From a virus (taxonomy: Duplodnaviria; Caudoviricetes), in IMG/VR virus record IMGVR_UViG_3300012933_000298, positions 1-26,231 of that record: a stretch of DNA of 26,231 nucleotides. One strand, written 5' to 3'. Within the stretch, counting starts at the first letter, position 1. Each line of letters starts with the position of its first letter. The notes below the pieces were generated by a model that saw only the letters and a list, made by a program, of their open reading frames with translations, searched no databases and had not been told where the DNA came from. The position numbers were made by a program, and so were the translations under genes. Positions 23,298 through 26,231 of the stretch are shown one piece after another.

Positions 23298-24640
23298 TAG
23301 ACCCCATAAACCGATGCAGGGTTCTCAGGGTCAATGGTGTTGACCGCTTGCAACTGGGTCGAAGGCACACCGCTGTGGGCGATCGGTGCGATACCGAAAG
23401 CCTTGAGCGCATCCTCTGGGTTGAAGCCAACCTGAATCAAAGCCTTGACCATCTCAATCTTTCCTTGCTGTTCTGGCAAGTTAGAAGCCGATAGGTTGAC
23501 ATTGGCTAGTGGCACTCGGTAAACATCGCCACCATCAACAGGTGTCATGTCCTCGATGCGGCGCACATCATTGATGCTCATGAAGCCAGACTGCAAGCCG
23601 GTCGCATAGCCGGTGATTCGGCTGTTGAAGTCACCGCGAAGTAGACCATCCACATTGAACTTGATAAAGGCTTGCTCAGGCAACAGGCGAGAGTAAGACC
23701 ATTCGAGCTTCTCGATATAAGGGCGCAGGGTGTGCTGAACAAACTGAATAGCCGACTGCTCAACTGATGAGTAACTCTGTGAGCCAGGCACATCCAAGAA
23801 GTGCAGAGGAATATTGAACAGGCGAGCAACCTCTTCGACAAAGAATCGGCGCGACTCAATGAACTGGCTCTGATCATTCTGAACCGACATATCCTTGACA
23901 GTTGCACCGCCAGAAAGAACCGCAGCGCGACCAGACTTGCGCCAACCACCATGGCGGTTAGACATCGAATCCGACAACTGGCGAGCCTGATCAGGAGTGA
24001 TATTGCCAGGCACTTCAACAACCATCGAACCAGAAACACCTTGACCAAAGAAGGTCGCGGCGAAGTCTTGCAGGGCAATGCCCAAACCGAGGGCTTCGCG
24101 CAAGCGGTCAACTCGGCTCATGCCAACAATCGCGCCAGGCTCAAGCAGGTCAGTTAGGTGCATAACCTCATCGCTGGTCAGCACCTTCTCTTCGCCCTCA
24201 TAGTGGAACAGTTTGCGCCCGATAGCAGAGCGAGTCACTTCCATTTTTTGAGGGTCAAGAGCTACAAGGTTGACAACATCACCGCGGTTGTTGCGGAAGA
24301 TTCGGACATAAGCATTGCCCCAGATAAGCAAAGACACAAGCACTTGCTGGTAGTGAGCAGAGCGAGTCTGGTCAACATCAGGCTGATCAACCCAAGAAGG
24401 GCGAGGGCGGTAAGGCTTGCGGTTACCATCAATGCGCTGGTAAGCATCCACAGGCAAAGTCGAAATGGTGTCCGAGATTAGGCTGACCGCACTAAAGACA
24501 GGGATGAGGCTAAATGCTGTTTTGGCATTGACCATGGTGTTTGAGTTGTTGCCCAAGACAACATCACCACCCATGCCCCAAACAGTTTGGAATGAAATGG
24601 CGCGATCTTCGCGCTTGAACCTATCAAAGAAGTTTGCCAT
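23297..24640 (-). CDS. Portal protein, HK97 family
   Basis: VFSAVSLISDTISTLP, LLIWGNAY, QFIESR...EVARLFNIP, LLRGD and SINDVRRIED motifs. Confidence 0.95.
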   Translation of the reverse strand: MANFFDRFKREDRAISFQTVWGMGGDVVLGNNSNTMVNAKTAFSLIPVFSAVSLISDTISTLPVDAYQRIDGNRKPYRPRPSWVDQPDVDQTRSAHYQQVLVSLLIWGNAYVRIFRNNRGDVVNLVALDPQKMEVTRSAIGRKLFHYEGEEKVLTSDEVMHLTDLLEPGAIVGMSRVDRLREALGLGIALQDFAATFFGQGVSGSMVVEVPGNITPDQARQLSDSMSNRHGGWRKSGRAAVLSGGATVKDMSVQNDQSQFIESRRFFVEEVARLFNIPLHFLDVPGSQSYSSVEQSAIQFVQHTLRPYIEKLEWSYSRLLPEQAFIKFNVDGLLRGDFNSRITGYATGLQSGFMSINDVRRIEDMTPVDGGDVYRVPLANVNLSASNLPEQQGKIEMVKALIQVGFNPEDALKAFGIAPIAHSGVPSTQLQAVNTIDPENPASVYGV

Positions 24641-24650
24641 CTATACCTGC

Positions 24651-26180
24651 CTAAAAGAAAAACTGCGGAACAATCTCCTCTTCCATTCTAGCCGAAGCCC
24701 TATCATAAGCCATCATCAAAGCAATAGCATTGTCAACCTTGAGTTTAGGTTGCTTGTAATCCTTGGTTATTCGCCCACCGCGAGGGTCAATCTTTAGGAT
24801 GCAGTTGTCAATATGCCGAGCAAGTGCAGGGTCACCATCATGGATAATCTTGCCAGTCATGATGCCATCCATCAGCTTCGAGGTTGCTGGCACAGTTCGC
24901 TCAGGTGAGTTGCGAAACATCACCACAGGGATGCCGGACTCTTGCCACAGCAACAACTCATCAAACCAATAGGAAGGGTCACAGGCCATCTCTCGCATCC
25001 GAGGGAACTCGGTGTGAAACTTCATCAGCCAGGCGGTCACCTCATCTTTGCTAACTCTCCAAGAGTCATCATCAATAGCGAAGTTCTTTTCCCAAGAGGC
25101 AACTCGCTTCACTCGGTAAGGCTCGCCCTCGGCTTGAGGCAGGGCAACCGCAACCACAGAAGTAGAGTCACCAGACCAAGAACCATCGAAGCCCAGCACA
25201 TACTCGGTGTCAGGGGTTAGTTCCCAATCCTCAGACAGCGCATCCCAAGCACCGGCTGGCAACCAAGCCATCTTGCTGTTTACCCATTGATTCAGTCGCT
25301 TAGTGCGGAACTCAGCCTCGGGGGTTCGGCGCACAGCAGAAGCAAAGTCCTCTTCCGAAACTAGATCACCGAAACCAGGATTGCAGGATGCCCAAGTTTC
25401 AGGTAATCGGTGGTCGGCATCCTCATCGGCTTCCCACCAAGCCATGAAGAAGGAAGGGTCAACCACTTCACCCGAAGCGACCTGCTTGCCATACTGGTAA
25501 AGGCTGTAAGCAATAGAGTCTTGCCCTGTTGAATCGGTGCGAGTTCCAGCGGTAGTCACACAATAGAGCTGCCCAAGTTTGCCTCGGTTACCCATAGCCA
25601 GCGAGAACACATCAAACAGCGCTCTGTCCTTGTGAGCATGGAGTTCGTCAATGATGACACAGCTGGGGTTATAACCTTCTTTAGAGTAAGCCTCAGCAGA
25701 AACAACCTTCATCACATTGCCAGAACTAGGCACAAACACAGAGTCCTTATAGACATTGCATAGTTCGCCCAGTTCGGAATCCACAATCATGCGCTTGCAC
25801 TCTTCAAAGATGATTCGAGCCTGTTCCTTTTCAGCCGCAGCGATAATGATTTCAGCACCATTCACACCCTCAGCAAACAGCTTGAAGATGGCAACCGAAG
25901 CAGAAGCCCAGGCGCTCTTGCCCGACTTGCGCGGCATCCCGACCAAGACTGTCCTGAAGTTCAGGTCACCATTCTCATCCCGAGCATAAACAGCCCGAGT
26001 TAGTTCCTTCTGCCAGTCGCGGAAAACCAGAGTCTGACCGCGAGAGCCAGCGATGCCATCCTTACCAATCGAACCAAACAACTCAGCAAAGTCAACAGCC
26101 AAGTCACCATCGCCCCTAGCCGAATCCGCAGGGTCAACAGGAGTCAGCCACTTAGGCGGCCATGCTTTAGTTGCGGTCAT
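24651..26180 (-). CDS. terL: Terminase large subunit
   Basis: Walker A MPRKSGKS, Walker B VIIDELH, TTAG, and nuclease GFDGS and KVD motifs. Confidence 0.96.
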   Translation of the reverse strand: MTATKAWPPKWLTPVDPADSARGDGDLAVDFAELFGSIGKDGIAGSRGQTLVFRDWQKELTRAVYARDENGDLNFRTVLVGMPRKSGKSAWASASVAIFKLFAEGVNGAEIIIAAAEKEQARIIFEECKRMIVDSELGELCNVYKDSVFVPSSGNVMKVVSAEAYSKEGYNPSCVIIDELHAHKDRALFDVFSLAMGNRGKLGQLYCVTTAGTRTDSTGQDSIAYSLYQYGKQVASGEVVDPSFFMAWWEADEDADHRLPETWASCNPGFGDLVSEEDFASAVRRTPEAEFRTKRLNQWVNSKMAWLPAGAWDALSEDWELTPDTEYVLGFDGSWSGDSTSVVAVALPQAEGEPYRVKRVASWEKNFAIDDDSWRVSKDEVTAWLMKFHTEFPRMREMACDPSYWFDELLLWQESGIPVVMFRNSPERTVPATSKLMDGIMTGKIIHDGDPALARHIDNCILKIDPRGGRITKDYKQPKLKVDNAIALMMAYDRASARMEEEIVPQFFF

Positions 26181-26231
26181 TCTTCTTCGCTAGTAACTCT
26201 TCAAGTTTGGTCTTAGTCTTAGCCGACACCA
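26167..26231 (-). CDS. Probable terminase small subunit, C-terminal fragment
   Basis: ...VSAKTKTKLEELLAKKNDRN* overlaps the terL start; identity inferred from position. Confidence 0.55.
   Translation of the reverse strand, partial: VSAKTKTKLEELLAKKNDRN

Noticed and set aside
1-26231. tRNA genes, integrase/attP, reverse transcriptase (retron/DGR), introns or inteins, recoded stop codons
   Set aside because: None recognised; terL, portal and capsid are of ordinary length and read through in the standard code.

Overview
Most of the genome of a small siphovirus-type (HK97-fold, long-tailed) phage, almost entirely on the minus strand. A WhiB gene, a TTGTCCACA DnaA box and leaderless promoters point to an actinobacterial host; a freshwater Microbacteriaceae host is plausible but inferred. 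From the right end, the order is terS (partial), terL, portal, an extended prohead protease and major capsid. Then come a GT4/GT2/cytidylyltransferase cassette, head-tail and tail genes with a -1 frameshifted tail chaperone, and a plus-strand acidic moron. These are followed by tape measure, three paralogous tail-fibre-like genes, a secreted lectin-like Pro-rich protein and lysis genes (M23 endolysin, membrane proteins). Next are whiB (+), a YqaJ/ERF recombination module, an HNH gene, a split two-frame C5 DNA methyltransferase, a zinc-binding protein, SSB and RusA (partial). No polymerase, primase, helicase, initiator or integrase gene is visible in the window. The most striking feature is a ~430-nt densely structured non-coding stretch (about 1190-1625, minus strand). 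It has its own extended -10 promoter flanked by DnaA boxes and a short counter-transcribed antisense unit over its 5' end, a layout resembling a ColE1 RNAII/RNAI RNA-primed replicon. Three intrinsic terminators also have unusually large loops complementary to other phage sites, one of them the early-gene Shine-Dalgarno. All calls come from reading the sequence; no searches or folding programs were run.
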